Shown: one piece after another, positions 1 through 9,113 of the stretch
Numbering within the stretch: position 1 is the stretch's first letter
How the letters are laid out: each line of letters begins with the position of its first letter
DNA from: Candidatus Heimdallarchaeota archaeon B3_Heim
GTDB taxonomy: Archaea; Asgardarchaeota; Heimdallarchaeia; Hodarchaeales; Hodarchaeaceae
Direction: 5' to 3'
DNA: 32,000 nucleotides
Assembly (NCBI GenBank): GCA_003144275.1
Contig: NJBF01000005.1
Coordinates: 92,319-124,318 of the forward strand
The notes under the pieces: model-generated
Told to the model about the DNA's origin: nothing
Database searches by the model: none
What the model saw: only the letters and a program-made list of their open reading frames with translations
Program-made: the position numbers and the translations under genes

Positions 1-2
1 TT

Positions 3-518
3 GGAGGAGGAATTCCTATACCCTATGGAGAAAAGAATGTACCACCAATCGAAAAATTCAAAGATGTAATTCAAGAGGAATTTAATGGTCAATTATCCTC
101 TATTATACTAATCCTTGAGTCAGGAAGATATTTAACAGCCCCTGCGGGTGTTTTAGCACTTCAAATCTCAATAATTAAAGAGAGAGAATCTAATCTTAAC
201 ATTGCTTGCGTTAATGGGAGTTTTTATAACACTATACCTGATGCTATTATCGCAGATTGGCATTTCCCAATTAAAAAGGTGAAAAAAAATATCAATACAC
301 CAATTATTCCTTACCGAATAGTGGGTTCATCTAATGATACTTTAGATTATTATAAAGGAGCAATAGAAGGAAATAACTTGGTTTTATTATCTAAATTAGA
401 AGAAAAAGATTATATCGTGTTTTTACAGGCTGGAGCATATTCAATTTCTTTTAATTCAACGTATTGTATGGAAGAAAGACCTTTAGTTTATTTTAATTTT
501 AATACAAGTAAAAAATGA
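3..518 (+). CDS. Fold-type III (group IV) PLP-dependent amino acid decarboxylase, Orn/Arg/Lys/DAP family; C-terminal part, 5' end outside window
   Basis: The frame of ORF 279..518 is open from position 3: GGGIPIPY (PLP phosphate loop), LESGRYL (EPGR-like motif), IVGSSNDTLD (GPxCD-equivalent) and FLQAGAYS (GAY motif). Confidence 0.85.
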   Translation, partial: GGGIPIPYGEKNVPPIEKFKDVIQEEFNGQLSSIILILESGRYLTAPAGVLALQISIIKERESNLNIACVNGSFYNTIPDAIIADWHFPIKKVKKNINTPIIPYRIVGSSNDTLDYYKGAIEGNNLVLLSKLEEKDYIVFLQAGAYSISFNSTYCMEERPLVYFNFNTSKK

Positions 519-697
519 AGGGGCCTGTGTTACTTACAGCAATATATCGAATAATATGCAATAATAATATATGAGATTTGTGAGAAAAGTGACTCAAAGA
601 ATTTGAGAAGGACATTTATCTGTACCAGTGAGCCCCTTAGTCAATATAAAGACAAGAATTTAGAATTTATTAATATAATAAATGAGATTTACCGATT

Positions 698-1615
698 ATG
701 AAACTACACAAAATGAAACAGGTAGACATTAATCCAAATATGAGTGTCTCTGAACTTTTAGATTCTATGAAAAATGGAGGATTTACATGTCGAAAGGTGG
801 GACTCGCTACTGATCTGTTTTTGGAAATGATTGAGGATAAATCTTGTACCATATTTTTAGGTCTCGCTGGCGCTCTCATACCTGGTGGAATGCGAAATAT
901 CCTCTACAAAATGATAGACAACAAGATGGTTGATTGTATTATCACTACTGGTGCAAATCTAAGCCATGATCTATTGGAAACTTCAGGAGGATCACATTTC
1001 CATGGAAATAGTCAACTTGATGATATAAAACTTAAGGAACTCGATGTTAGTAGGATTTTTGATACTTTTATTTCGTATGAATCCTTTGTAAAATTTGAGA
1101 ATTTAGTTCAGAAGATTTTAGATAATATTCCTAAGGAACCGATGAGTACACGCCGATTTATCTATGAAATTGGACGATATGTCACTGATCCAAATTCAAT
1201 TGTCAGATTAGCACATGACAAAGAAATCCCGATTTTTGCCCCATCATTTGCTGACAGTATGTTAGGTGTCCAATCTTGGCTTTTTTCGCAAATTAAACCG
1301 TTAAATATTGATGTATTGAAAGATCACACTGAATTTTCAGAGATAATTTATGACTCGAAAAAAATGGGAGCAATGATTCTTGGGGGTGGCGTTCCAAAAC
1401 ACTTCATCATGAATGGGTCTCAATTACATGATGGACTAAGTTATGCAATACAAATTACGATGGATCGACCCGAACATGGTGGTGTGAGTGGCGCTTCCAT
1501 AAAAGAAGCCGTATCATGGGGAAAAGTGACATCTGATGCTAAATGGATTGATATTATGGGTGATGTCACCCTAGTTCTTCCACTTTTAGTCGCGGGAATC
1601 CTTTCAAGGCTTTGA
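698..1615 (+). CDS. dys: Deoxyhypusine synthase
   Basis: ITTGANLSHD, GGGVPKH and GGVSGASIKEAVSWGKV with the catalytic Lys of the EAVSWGK motif; 305 aa. Confidence 0.96.
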   Translation: MKLHKMKQVDINPNMSVSELLDSMKNGGFTCRKVGLATDLFLEMIEDKSCTIFLGLAGALIPGGMRNILYKMIDNKMVDCIITTGANLSHDLLETSGGSHFHGNSQLDDIKLKELDVSRIFDTFISYESFVKFENLVQKILDNIPKEPMSTRRFIYEIGRYVTDPNSIVRLAHDKEIPIFAPSFADSMLGVQSWLFSQIKPLNIDVLKDHTEFSEIIYDSKKMGAMILGGGVPKHFIMNGSQLHDGLSYAIQITMDRPEHGGVSGASIKEAVSWGKVTSDAKWIDIMGDVTLVLPLLVAGILSRL

Positions 1616-1636
1616 ATACGAGGAAATGAATAGTTA

Positions 1637-3016
1637 ATGCTCAAGGAATATCATATTGGTATTGATGATACTGATTCTCATGAAGGTATGTGTACAACAT
1701 ATTTAGCAACCCTAATCGTTGATTCATTGGAGAATCATGGAGTAGAATTCCTTGACTTCCCGAAATTAGTCAGATTAAATCCTAATATTCCGTATAAAAC
1801 CAGGGGAAACGGTGCAGTTTCAATCAGTTTCATTTCAACGACACATAAAATAGAAGAAATTTGGAAAGAATGTATTAACCTTGTTAAAATCCATTCAGAT
1901 ATCAAAGCTGAGAATACTGATCCTGGGATAGTTCTGCAAATCGGAAAACCAGACCCAAGAACTAAAAAAGTTTATTATGAGGCACTTTATACAGTCATCT
2001 CATTAAAGAGCATGCAACATATCTTGAATAATAATTTTCAGGGACTTTACTATTCCATAAAAGAAGGAAGAGGATTAATCGGAGCATGTGCGGCCATTGG
2101 TGCGAACCTATATTCTGATTATACATATGAATTCATTGCTTACAGGGATCCAAGTATTAAAACATCTAAACGGATGATTGATGAAAAATCGGTTATTGAG
2201 GCTGATCAATCTAATCCCTTATCATTTGGGAATTATGATTATGTACACAATCAATTAATGATTACTCCACATGGACCAGATCCAGTCTATGTCGGAATTA
2301 GGGGAGAAACTGCAAAATCAGTTATTCAAATGTGGAACGAGATAAAAATACTAGAAAATATTACTACGGTTATGTTGTTTAGATCAAATCAACATACTCA
2401 GCCTCATTTTCCCAAGGAATTTACTGGAAAGGATATTAAACCATATTATTCTGTAAAAGTTAGAGGAGTTGTGGATTCGACCCCTCATTTGATTACTGGT
2501 GGGCATGTTATAGTTTCTATAGTTTCAAATGGAAAAACCGTAAATTGCGCGGCCTACGAGCCGACTAAGAAATTTCGAAAACATGTAAGAGAATTGATTG
2601 CAGGAGATGAACTAATGGTCTATGGAGGGGTGAGACCAGCTTCTGATGAATATCCAATAACAATCAATTTGGAACAATTCGAGATTATTAAACTACAACA
2701 ACAGATCGCACGAATTCCTTTGAAATGTCCTCATTGTGAAGGCGCGCTAAAATCTCTTGGACAGAACCAAGGATTTCGTTGTAAAAGATGTAAATATCAA
2801 ATAGACAAAAAAGAAATTGGATTTCAATTTAAAAAGCGTGGATTGCATTCAGGAGTGCGATATGTCATACCAACTTGCGCACAACGCCACTTAACTAAAC
2901 CAACTTCGCGTGATGATAACCTGCAATTTCACTTGCCTTCAGAAGAAAGTTTTCAAGAGGAATTTCATGATTTTTTGAAGAATCGAGAGAACTTATTAAA
3001 GCACCCTTTAATTTGA
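1637..3016 (+). CDS. tiaS: tRNA(Ile2) 2-agmatinylcytidine synthetase
   Basis: IGIDDTDS..GMCTTY, LVRLNPNIPYKTRGNGAV, TPHGPDPVYVGIRG, OB fold, CPHC..CKRC zinc ribbon, RHLTKP. Confidence 0.97.
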   Translation: MLKEYHIGIDDTDSHEGMCTTYLATLIVDSLENHGVEFLDFPKLVRLNPNIPYKTRGNGAVSISFISTTHKIEEIWKECINLVKIHSDIKAENTDPGIVLQIGKPDPRTKKVYYEALYTVISLKSMQHILNNNFQGLYYSIKEGRGLIGACAAIGANLYSDYTYEFIAYRDPSIKTSKRMIDEKSVIEADQSNPLSFGNYDYVHNQLMITPHGPDPVYVGIRGETAKSVIQMWNEIKILENITTVMLFRSNQHTQPHFPKEFTGKDIKPYYSVKVRGVVDSTPHLITGGHVIVSIVSNGKTVNCAAYEPTKKFRKHVRELIAGDELMVYGGVRPASDEYPITINLEQFEIIKLQQQIARIPLKCPHCEGALKSLGQNQGFRCKRCKYQIDKKEIGFQFKKRGLHSGVRYVIPTCAQRHLTKPTSRDDNLQFHLPSEESFQEEFHDFLKNRENLLKHPLI

Positions 3017-3017
3017 G

Positions 3018-4421
3018 GTGAATCTTGTGAAAACCAATTCATTAATCAAAGCTGAATTTGATAGGGCATGGAAAGAATGGATACATGGTCATGATACAGA
3101 GGCTGCTGAAATTTGGTATTCAATTCTTCGGAAGTATCCAGAATCAGAAAATGATCAGATTTCGATTGATGCAGTAAATTATCTTGCGATGTACGAAAGA
3201 ATTTGGGAAGGAAGGATAGAAACAGAAATAGATATCATTAAAAACAGAAAAAACTCAGAAATAATAAATTACTCAAAGGGTGCAGCTGATTCTTTAATAG
3301 AGATCGCCCTCAGATCTAAATCTCAGGAGGATGCGCTTAATGAGTTTCAGGCCGCTCGGGAAATATATGAGCGACTCAATGATAAGGAAGGATTAATTAA
3401 ATTAAATTATCAATATGGAATGTATCTGGTCAATCGCGGTATTGGAAAATTCGGCCAAATCTTTAATAAATTCCAAGTTGCACTACAAAATGCAATTGAA
3501 ACAAATCGAAAATATTACAAAGCTCAAATTCATCATGGAATCGGAGAGGCATTCCTTCGTTTAGAAAATATAGAAGAGGCAAGTCACCATTTCGACATTG
3601 CATCTCAAATATATCACTATTTAAATAATGAAAGAAAAATCCTTGAAGTTCTTGTATCTAGAGCTGATGTTGAGTCACAGAATCAACAAACTACCTCATC
3701 TGAAAAATTAGTAACTCTATATGATGAGTTTACTAGTCGAAAAGAGAAAATAAAGGATAAAGTTCCAAAATCCGCTTTATTCAGTCATTTATCTCGATTT
3801 TGTGATTTATTTCTCGATTTTGAAGACTATAAACACATAAATACTCTAGTAGCAGAATTAGATGCAATATTAAGGCAAACAAATATTAATTCCAGCTTGT
3901 ACTTTCAAGGAAAAATGTCCTTAGCTTTAATAAAAGGAAATATCCAGCTTAAAATGCTGAATTTTACAAATGCTGAGGATTTATACAATTATATTCTTCG
4001 TCGAAGAGGAGAAGCAAAAATCACAGATCTTTATGGGGCATTAATCAGTTTAGCAATAATTTCTCTCTATAAATATCGTATTTTTTTCGATACGGTTCAT
4101 CTATCTGAGGCACAGAGCTTAATTCAAGACGCTATGAAAATCTCTGAAACAACTGATCACGTACGGGGATTTTTACGCGCGAGCGTCGTAAATGTGATGT
4201 TGAAAATATCTGTGGGAGACCTTGACGAAATCGATGAGATGGAACGAATCATCAAATCAGCTCAAGAAAAAGGCCTAGTAACCGAGGCGCGTAGAGCTCA
4301 GAAGGAAATTACCAGGCTAAAACGTATGATCCGAACTCAAGACAAAAGTGATGATAGATCAGTAGAAAAAATTTTGAAATATGCACTAGAAGCAAAAAGA
4401 CTGGTATGGAAAAATCAATAA
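3018..4421 (+). CDS. Tetratricopeptide-repeat (helical solenoid) protein of unknown function
   Basis: Repeated TPR-like helix pairs such as ALNEFQAAREIYERL..KLNYQYG and KAQIHHGIGEAFLRLENIEEASHHFDIASQIY; GTG start 1 nt after the tiaS stop. Confidence 0.7.
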   Translation: MNLVKTNSLIKAEFDRAWKEWIHGHDTEAAEIWYSILRKYPESENDQISIDAVNYLAMYERIWEGRIETEIDIIKNRKNSEIINYSKGAADSLIEIALRSKSQEDALNEFQAAREIYERLNDKEGLIKLNYQYGMYLVNRGIGKFGQIFNKFQVALQNAIETNRKYYKAQIHHGIGEAFLRLENIEEASHHFDIASQIYHYLNNERKILEVLVSRADVESQNQQTTSSEKLVTLYDEFTSRKEKIKDKVPKSALFSHLSRFCDLFLDFEDYKHINTLVAELDAILRQTNINSSLYFQGKMSLALIKGNIQLKMLNFTNAEDLYNYILRRRGEAKITDLYGALISLAIISLYKYRIFFDTVHLSEAQSLIQDAMKISETTDHVRGFLRASVVNVMLKISVGDLDEIDEMERIIKSAQEKGLVTEARRAQKEITRLKRMIRTQDKSDDRSVEKILKYALEAKRLVWKNQ

Positions 4422-4637
4422 ACCTACGTTCGTGGATGTGTAAGTATTCAATTTTCAGATCGACATCCAAAAAAGAAACTGTTTAATTATCTTCATTAGT
4501 TTACCACTACGGATCTTTGTGTCTTGTTGTAACTCCGATACGAGAACATAAAACAGAAAAATAAAATCGTTCTTACGAAGAAGGACTTTGGTTTATCCTC
4601 CCTAGTCCTGAAAAAGACGATATCGAAGGAATTCACG

Positions 4638-5216
4638 ATGTTTTTTCTTAATAATGTTGGCATATTCTTAGCTGAAACTTTAAATACATTCTTAACAACG
4701 TTGGCATCTTTTCCCCCAGAAAAGCCGCCCTTCTCATCAATTTTCATTCTAATAGTATCGTTCTTTGTGTCTCTCGGGTCTACTTTAGTGTCAAGATATA
4801 TGATAGACATAGAAAGATTAGGTACCTTAACGAGAGAAACAAAAAAACACAATAAAATGCGAATGGAAATGATGAAAACAGCTGACACAAAGTTAAAACT
4901 GAAGTATGAAAGAAATGCGAGCAAGATGAAGAAAATGCAATCAGAATTAACAACGATGAGAATGAAACCTTTACTCATTACATTTCTTCCCCTAATGTTA
5001 TTTTTTGTTCTTCTCTCTAATATTTACAGAGGGGGAGCGATCCCTGCAGTTATTCCGTTCGAACTACCGGAAAGCATACTTCTTAGAATAGGCACATACG
5101 AAGTTGTGGATGGATGGGGAAAAGTTTTTCGTCCTGATTATGTCTGGTGGTATTTTGGAGGCAGTATAACATTTGGATCAATCTTTCAAAAACTTGCAGG
5201 CCTACAGCCTGATTAA
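4638..5216 (+). CDS. DUF106 / EMC3-TMCO1 (Oxa1 superfamily) membrane protein
   Basis: TM1, then a basic coiled coil ending in MKPLLITFLP, then further TMs and a WVWWYF-like motif (YVWWYF..S); located directly before eL34 as is typical in archaea. Confidence 0.88.
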   Translation: MFFLNNVGIFLAETLNTFLTTLASFPPEKPPFSSIFILIVSFFVSLGSTLVSRYMIDIERLGTLTRETKKHNKMRMEMMKTADTKLKLKYERNASKMKKMQSELTTMRMKPLLITFLPLMLFFVLLSNIYRGGAIPAVIPFELPESILLRIGTYEVVDGWGKVFRPDYVWWYFGGSITFGSIFQKLAGLQPD

Positions 5217-5224
5217 TTATTAAA

Positions 5225-5231
5225 AAGGTGA
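5225..5231 (+). promoter_or_regulatory. Shine-Dalgarno site of eL34
   Basis: AAGGTGA 6 nt before ATG 5238; similar sites at 8589-8594 (AAGGAG) and 8757-8763 (AAGGTGA). Confidence 0.65.
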
Positions 5232-5237
5232 AATATA

Positions 5238-5456
5238 ATGACCAAGAATATCATAAAAAAGAAAACTCCAGGCGGACAAGTCGTTACCCACAAAACAAAG
5301 AAGTCTGCATCGTCTTCTCACTGTCGAATCTGCGGCATTTCGCTGCGTACAAACAAAAAAACCAAAACAAAAAGTGGGAAACGAGTTGCTAGACCGCTTA
5401 GTGCAGAGCTTTGCCCAGCCTGCTTGAAATCCTCAATACAAATGATTGAATTATAA
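5238..5456 (+). CDS. rpl34e: Ribosomal protein eL34 (short form)
   Basis: KTPGGQVVTH, CRICG..L, RP..AELCPAC zinc motifs; N-terminal basic extension absent. Confidence 0.9.
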   Translation: MTKNIIKKKTPGGQVVTHKTKKSASSSHCRICGISLRTNKKTKTKSGKRVARPLSAELCPACLKSSIQMIEL

Positions 5457-5502
5457 AAATTTTAGGAATAACCAGCGAATCAAAGATAGAAGTGATAATA
5501 AC

Positions 5503-5904
5503 ATGAGCCCAGGAAAAAGGAAGAAGAGGATTTCATGCAAAAAATGTGGAACAGAAATTGACCCAGTGAAAACCCCTCCATTAAAAACATGGCAATTAGT
5601 AAGCCCAATGCCTGATAAAGAAGGAAGGGTTACCCTTACGATTATGGGATCATTTAGATGCCCGGAATGTAATGCTTCGGTTCGTGCAGCTCTTAAAAAG
5701 GTAAAGGGAGATGAAATGGGTTCAGGTACTTCAAAAAAGGAATCCCTCATTCAAGCAGTAAAATTAATTGAAAAACCAACCCCCATTGATGAAATAGAGA
5801 TTCAGGGAATTTCCTCTCAAGCAGTAAGAAAAGCTATTGAGACTCTCATCTCCCAGAAAAGTTTGAATGGGGAAGTAAAAGACGGAAAATTTTATCCTGA
5901 ATAA
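5503..5904 (+). CDS. Cren7-like Cys4 domain fused to a C-terminal winged-helix-like domain
   Basis: Likely start ATG 5503 (ORF track starts at 5446). PLKTWQL and GSFRCPECNASVRAAL align with Sulfolobus Cren7 PEKVWAL and GLFKDPETGKYFRHKL. C-terminal VRKAIETLISQKSLNGEVKDGKFYP resembles a wH/PCI end. Confidence 0.6.
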   Translation: MSPGKRKKRISCKKCGTEIDPVKTPPLKTWQLVSPMPDKEGRVTLTIMGSFRCPECNASVRAALKKVKGDEMGSGTSKKESLIQAVKLIEKPTPIDEIEIQGISSQAVRKAIETLISQKSLNGEVKDGKFYPE

Positions 5905-5924
5905 TCTTTTCTCAAAATATCATT

Positions 5925-7109
5925 TTAAATCACTTCTCTTAGGAACATAGTTCCATAAGAGCCTTTGGGCAAACTAAAATGAATCTGGACATCGTCATTT
6001 TTCGCAAGATTAGATGTGATTTTAACATCGGAAGGCTTCACGATAGCTGCTCTTTCAGTTCCTTTAGAACTCAATTTTTTTATTTCGTGATTAAATGATT
6101 TCAAATTTAAGTTATCAAATGCGAGAAAATCCTGTAATAAGGATTTAATCTCCAGCGGTAACGTTGACATATTAGTAGAATAACCTATTATTGGTAATCT
6201 CAATTGTGATAAGAGTTCATATCTCTTTGTATGAAGTTTACTTAATAATTTGTTGAAAATAAATGATTGATAAGCAGAAATAGCCAGACGTAGAAAATAG
6301 ATTGGGAAAGATCTTATTATTTTCTCTGGAGAACTACGTTTCATTAAACCTGAAAGCATCCTTCTTTCAAATGAATATGTGTAAGGAAACAGAGCGTATA
6401 TCTCGGCTAGTGATTCTTTCTTAACATACATCTTTCGGAGGCTTGAAATCTTTTCATTCTCGAACTTGGATTCTGTACCTAGATATGAATCTATCGCAAG
6501 GGAGTATTTTTCTTGGAGTAAATAGCGACCAAACTTGTGAAGTATAGGTCTTTTCGAACCAAATCGCTGAAGACCATAAAAATTCAAGAATCCATTTGAT
6601 TCTGATTCTGAACAAACAGTTTTCCATTCTGAGTGATTCACATTTCTCTGAGTGTTGCGAATCCGTACTTGAAAACGATTTCCGACAAGATCACCAATAG
6701 AAATTCCAAATTTTTGTCTAATGGGATTTAGAATTTTTAAATTAGGGAGATTTATGTCCCCTAAGCATTCCTTTTGGCCAGACCAGACGGATATCCTCTG
6801 AATAGTTTCTGCATGCGCATCTTTTAATCCCGCATAACCAAAGTCCTTTTCATTGTGATGACAGAGTTTACTAATTCTCTTCAATGCTGAATTTGTATCT
6901 AATCCTCGTTTCCACAAGACAAAATGAACATACATCCCCCCGACATCCTTTCCGATTTCATCTCCTGTGTAAAGAATCTCTCCATTTGGAAGAATTTCGT
7001 GTACAAGAAAATCTTCTGGAAGAAGCTTGATTATTCCCCCAACGCCAGCAAATGTTAAATTATGACCTTTAATTCCGACTTGTTCCTCAAGTGAAGCGGA
7101 TTCAGTCAT
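5925..7109 (-). CDS. truD: tRNA pseudouridine(13) synthase TruD/Pus7
   Basis: IIKLLPEDFLVHEI, YAGLKD (catalytic Asp), GNRFQVRIR, FLNFYGLQRFG, ISAYQSFIFN, FSLPKGSYGTMFLRE. Confidence 0.96.
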   Translation of the reverse strand: MTESASLEEQVGIKGHNLTFAGVGGIIKLLPEDFLVHEILPNGEILYTGDEIGKDVGGMYVHFVLWKRGLDTNSALKRISKLCHHNEKDFGYAGLKDAHAETIQRISVWSGQKECLGDINLPNLKILNPIRQKFGISIGDLVGNRFQVRIRNTQRNVNHSEWKTVCSESESNGFLNFYGLQRFGSKRPILHKFGRYLLQEKYSLAIDSYLGTESKFENEKISSLRKMYVKKESLAEIYALFPYTYSFERRMLSGLMKRSSPEKIIRSFPIYFLRLAISAYQSFIFNKLLSKLHTKRYELLSQLRLPIIGYSTNMSTLPLEIKSLLQDFLAFDNLNLKSFNHEIKKLSSKGTERAAIVKPSDVKITSNLAKNDDVQIHFSLPKGSYGTMFLREVI

Positions 7110-7115
7110 TATTTC

Positions 7116-7595
7116 TCAAAAAAACTGATCATAGGAACCTGAATTAATATCTTCTATGACTTTCTTGGGCTCTGAATCATCTACAGTTAAACCAATCGAA
7201 ACACATGTTCCTACAACTTCTTTAACAGCAGCACGTAAATCAACGGCTAACATTGCATTCTGTTTCATTTTAGCAACTTTAACACATTGGTCAAATTTTA
7301 AATTACCAACCTTTTCAGAATTTGGTGTTCCACTCCCTTTCTCCACTCCAGCCTCACTTAATAGTAAAGAAGATGTTGGGGGGACTCCGACAGTAATGGT
7401 AAAATTTCGCTTATCGTCTACTTCAATAACGATTGGAACTTTCATACCCTTAAATTCTTGAGTTTTTTTGTTAATTTCATCGATAACTGCCTTGATATTT
7501 ATACCAAGAGGGCCGAGAGCTGGACCAAGTGGTGGACCAGGGGTGGCTTGCCCTGCATCAACTAATGCTTCAACTGTTTTTACCATTTTGCTCAC
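7116..7595 (-). CDS. rpl11: Ribosomal protein uL11
   Basis: GQATPGPPLGPALGPLG, KVPI, PPTSSLL, GTCVSIG. Confidence 0.98.
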   Translation of the reverse strand: MSKMVKTVEALVDAGQATPGPPLGPALGPLGINIKAVIDEINKKTQEFKGMKVPIVIEVDDKRNFTITVGVPPTSSLLLSEAGVEKGSGTPNSEKVGNLKFDQCVKVAKMKQNAMLAVDLRAAVKEVVGTCVSIGLTVDDSEPKKVIEDINSGSYDQFF

Positions 7596-7930
7596 AAGTT
7601 TGATTTTAATCGAAAAAAAGCCTATATCTTCGAAATCGATTGATATGCTTGATATATAAGGGAGATTTGGTTGACAAATTAAGATTTGTTATTTTGATAC
7701 TCTACCTTCTGATATAATTGACTCGGCTCATATTCAATTAAACTAAGAGATTCACTAAAAGATAGCATAAGCATCTAAAGAACACACAATTTTTTCTAAA
7801 TATTACTTGGTTTCTCGTTTACAAAAGAGGGATAAAGACCTCAAAACACACAAAAAATAAGTCGAAAAATCCTAGAAGCAGTCTAAAAAATCAAATAAAA
7901 CCCAGAAAAATAATCTGAAGGAATTTAATT

Positions 7931-8590
7931 ATGTCTTATGCACCAAATCAACTGGAAGAAGCAATATCCAAAGCCAAGACTCTAAGTGAGCAAAGAAAAC
8001 AACGGAAATTTACTGAGACCGTTGAAATTTCAGTAGGCTTGCGTGATATTGACTTAAAAAATCCTACGAACCGAATAAATATGGAAACCTTGGTTCCTAA
8101 CGATTTGGGAGGTAACATTAGTGTTGCCGTCTTTGCTGAGGGAGACCTCGCAACAAAATCTAAAGAATCAGGATTACATACCTTAGGTCGAAAGGAAATA
8201 GAACAGTTATCAAAGGAACCTAAACAAGCGAAGAAATTCGCTAATCAGTATGCGTTTTTTCTTGCTGAACCACCACTAATGGGTGTTGTAGCGAGATTTT
8301 TAGGAAAAATTCTTGGACCAAGAGGTAAAATGCCAAAACCTATACCCCCAAAAGTAGATATCGATAAGTTTGTGGAACGATATGGTAGAACAGTAAAACT
8401 ACGTTTAAAATCTACCCCAGTTATCAATGCAAAAATAGGGAAAGCAGATTTAGATAATAAAGTGTTAACTGAAAACGCCAATGCGATTATCCAAACGCTT
8501 ACAAGTAAATTGCCCAAAGGAACGACACAGATCAAAACAGTAACCATAAAAACAACAATGGGTCCTTCCACAAAAGTGGATAAGGCGTAA
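7931..8590 (+). CDS. rpl1: Ribosomal protein uL1
   Basis: RKFTETVEI, LGKILGPRGKMPKP, IKTTMGP. Confidence 0.97.
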   Translation: MSYAPNQLEEAISKAKTLSEQRKQRKFTETVEISVGLRDIDLKNPTNRINMETLVPNDLGGNISVAVFAEGDLATKSKESGLHTLGRKEIEQLSKEPKQAKKFANQYAFFLAEPPLMGVVARFLGKILGPRGKMPKPIPPKVDIDKFVERYGRTVKLRLKSTPVINAKIGKADLDNKVLTENANAIIQTLTSKLPKGTTQIKTVTIKTTMGPSTKVDKA

Positions 8591-8602
8591 GGAGTAAGAA
8601 AA

Positions 8603-8758
8603 ATGGCACGAAATAAACCGTTCCCTAAAAAAATCCGATTGGGAAAAAAAGGCAGAGAAAACCAGAGTGTTCCAACTTGGGTAATCATGAAAACTTCTCG
8701 ACGTTTTACAAATCACCCTAAGAAGAGACGGTGGCGTACTACAAAAATCAAACCATAA
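8603..8758 (+). CDS. rpl39e: Ribosomal protein eL39 (not in the ORF track)
   Basis: Manual translation: [51 protein letters not shown] (51 aa), with SD AAGGAG upstream. Confidence 0.96.
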   Translation: MARNKPFPKKIRLGKKGRENQSVPTWVIMKTSRRFTNHPKKRRWRTTKIKP

Positions 8759-8769
8759 GGTGAAACAAA

Positions 8770-9051
8770 ATGAGTGATACATCAGCAGATTCCATAATAG
8801 AGGAAAGGATTTACACCGTACCTTTTAGTAAGGTGGTATATGGGCGAAAAATCCCACGTAAGAAGAGAACCCCAAGGGCAATGCGTCACCTTAAGGCATT
8901 TATTCAGCGTCATCTTAGAAGTGAAAATGTTATCATTACCGCTGAAGTCAATGAATTGATGTGGACAAGAGGAATCCAACACCCACCCCGAAAAATACGT
9001 GTACGTGTAGTAAAAACAGAAGATGATATAGTTACAGTCTTCCTTGCATGA
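8770..9051 (+). CDS. rpl31e: Ribosomal protein eL31
   Basis: ERIYTVP, RKKRTPRAM, VNELMWTRGIQHPPRKIRVRV. Confidence 0.97.
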   Translation: MSDTSADSIIEERIYTVPFSKVVYGRKIPRKKRTPRAMRHLKAFIQRHLRSENVIITAEVNELMWTRGIQHPPRKIRVRVVKTEDDIVTVFLA

Positions 9052-9113
9052 TAACTTGAGTTTCTCTGGTATAGAGACTCGAAAACATATCGAAAATTGT
9101 AGGTGGTTAGGTA

